Positions 62,291 through 64,000 of a DNA stretch of 64,000 bases are shown piece after piece. The position numbers and the translations under genes were made by a program. The stretch is from Octopus sinensis. Taxonomy: Eukaryota. The stretch lies in the NCBI RefSeq assembly GCF_006345805.1, contig NC_042998.1, positions 84,258,001-84,322,000 on the forward strand. The letters are read 5' to 3'. Each line of letters begins with the position of its first letter. The first letter of the stretch is position 1. The notes under the pieces were generated by a model. That model worked only from the letters and a program-made list of their open reading frames with translations. It did no database searches and was not told the DNA's origin.

Positions 62291-63820
62291 ATTTTAAGGC
62301 ACAAGCATGATTAAAAAGTTTGCTTACTCACTACATGTTTTCAGTTCATTCCCACTGTAGCCCTAGGTCAACCAGGGCCTTGTGAGTGGATTTTGTAGAC
62401 AGAAACTGAATGATGCTTGTGTATGTGTGTATGTATACTTTATCATTTTGACATCACATGATATCACTCTATCTTGCAGCTGATTACCAACAGTTCATTG
62501 TGTTTTCGTGTTAGTAAAGTCATTGGTAAAAATAATAGAGCAAAATAAATGTGTTTCAGTCTTTAGTTTCAAAGCCTTGTGAGTGGATTTGGCAGATAGA
62601 AACTGAAAGAAACTCATCGTAAATGTATATGTATATCTAAGTATGTTTGTGTCTTGATATCATATTATAGTTATAAATGAGGGCCACTGTCATTCCAGCA
62701 ATTATTCATTTCCAATATTCTGCAAAAACATAGCTGTCCATATGGAAATTTTACCTTGCATGGAAACGGCTGGGCATCCAGCTGTAGAAAATCTGCTTCA
62801 ATAAATTCTGTCCAACCTATACAAATATGGAAAAGTGAATGTTAAATGATGATGACTCTATGTTCTGAGTTCAAATTCTTTGATTGTTACTCTGCTAGAC
62901 ATCCGTCTAAAGTTGCTAAAATTTATACAGTTATAAACTGGAATCAATTCAATTGGGTATATCTACCTGCCTCTCTCCACACAAACTTGTAGCCCTCTGA
63001 TAAAAAGGAGAAATCCTTACTGTTATGGTAGAATCAATACAGTGACACACTCTATTTGTTTGTGTCTCTTTGTTTTCCCTAAGTTCATATTATGGTAAAG
63101 CTCAACTTATTTTCTTCATCCTTCTGAATCTGATAAAACAAATACCAGTCCATGTATCTGGGTGAGTGCAATTAACTATCAATTTGTCGTTATCATCATC
63201 ATCTCTCACAAAATGTATAGCTTTGTACCTATTGTTAGAAATTATTATTCCTAAGGCTGTGAACTGGCAGAATCATTAGCATGCCAGGCAAAATGTGGAA
63301 TTTAGTCCATCTTTAGGTTCTGGGTTCAAATTCCTTATTTTATCAGTCCATTTTGCTGAACTGCTCAGTTATGGGAACATAAACATAGGTTATCAGGCAA
63401 TGTTTGGAGACGCACACACACCCACCCACATACATATATCATCATCATCATCATCATTCAATGTCTGTTTTCCATGTTTGCATGGGTTGGATGGTCTGAA
63501 AATGGAGCTGGCCAGACTTCAATTGTCTGTTGTGATATGGTTTCTACAGCTGGATGCCCTTCCTAATGCCAACCATTTTACAGAGTGTACTGGGTACTTT
63601 TTATGTGCCACCAGAATGGGTGCACTTATGCAGCTCCGGATGGGTGCATTCTATGTAGCACCAGCACCTAAAAGAAGCCTTTATGTGTGGAGAACAGTAA
63701 TTTTACTTTGCTTGACATGTCTTTTCAGCTGTTCTATATTTTAGAGATGAGGAATTTTGTACATTATTTACGTTATTTGAATTGGACGGAGATGCGTCCT
63801 CATATTGTTTGTTGTTACCA

Positions 63821-64000
63821 CAACATTTCGGCCGATTTACTCTCCAGCCTTCTTCAGGTGTCCTGGTAGAATTTTGAACCCAACCCTTGAATAAATAATA
63901 ATATCAGCAAAAAAATATCTTAGGAATGAGAACCCAGATTTGGGTTCAAAATTCCACAAGGACACCTGATGAAGGTTGGAGAGTAAATCAGCCGAAACAT
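63821..64000. mobile_element. Inverted repeat carrying two hammerhead-like cores (Penelope-type terminal repeat), truncated by the window end
   Basis: Arms 63821-63885 and about 63938-64000 are reverse complements with a few mismatches. Each carries CTGA(T/A)GA-stem II-GAAA. Confidence 0.55.

Overview
Eukaryotic, AT-rich, repeat-dense window, most consistent with an Octopus (coleoid cephalopod) genome; this assignment is inferred from repeat and gene content. It holds three spliced genes that the ORF track mostly misses. The 3' half of ARMC2 is on + (8 exons, 4931-16639). A complete PPIL3 cyclophilin gene is on - (6 coding exons summing to 161 aa, 25013-32339) and converges on ARMC2. The 5' half of CIP2A/KIAA1524 is on + (10 coding exons, 41190-57933) and is divergent from PPIL3. 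The tenth CIP2A exon ends in a perfect U12-type AT-AC 5' splice site. The rest is transposon-derived: a decayed Penelope element, a full-length but frameshifted irritans-type mariner with a rearranged end, RTE and CR1/L2-like LINE fragments, several tRNA-derived SINE families, HINE-like, piggyBac-like and Tigger-like MITEs, a 270-bp fold-back element and several minimal hammerhead-ribozyme motifs. No CRISPR array, rRNA or convincing tRNA gene was seen. All protein-family calls come from my own recognition of translated sequence, not from database searches.
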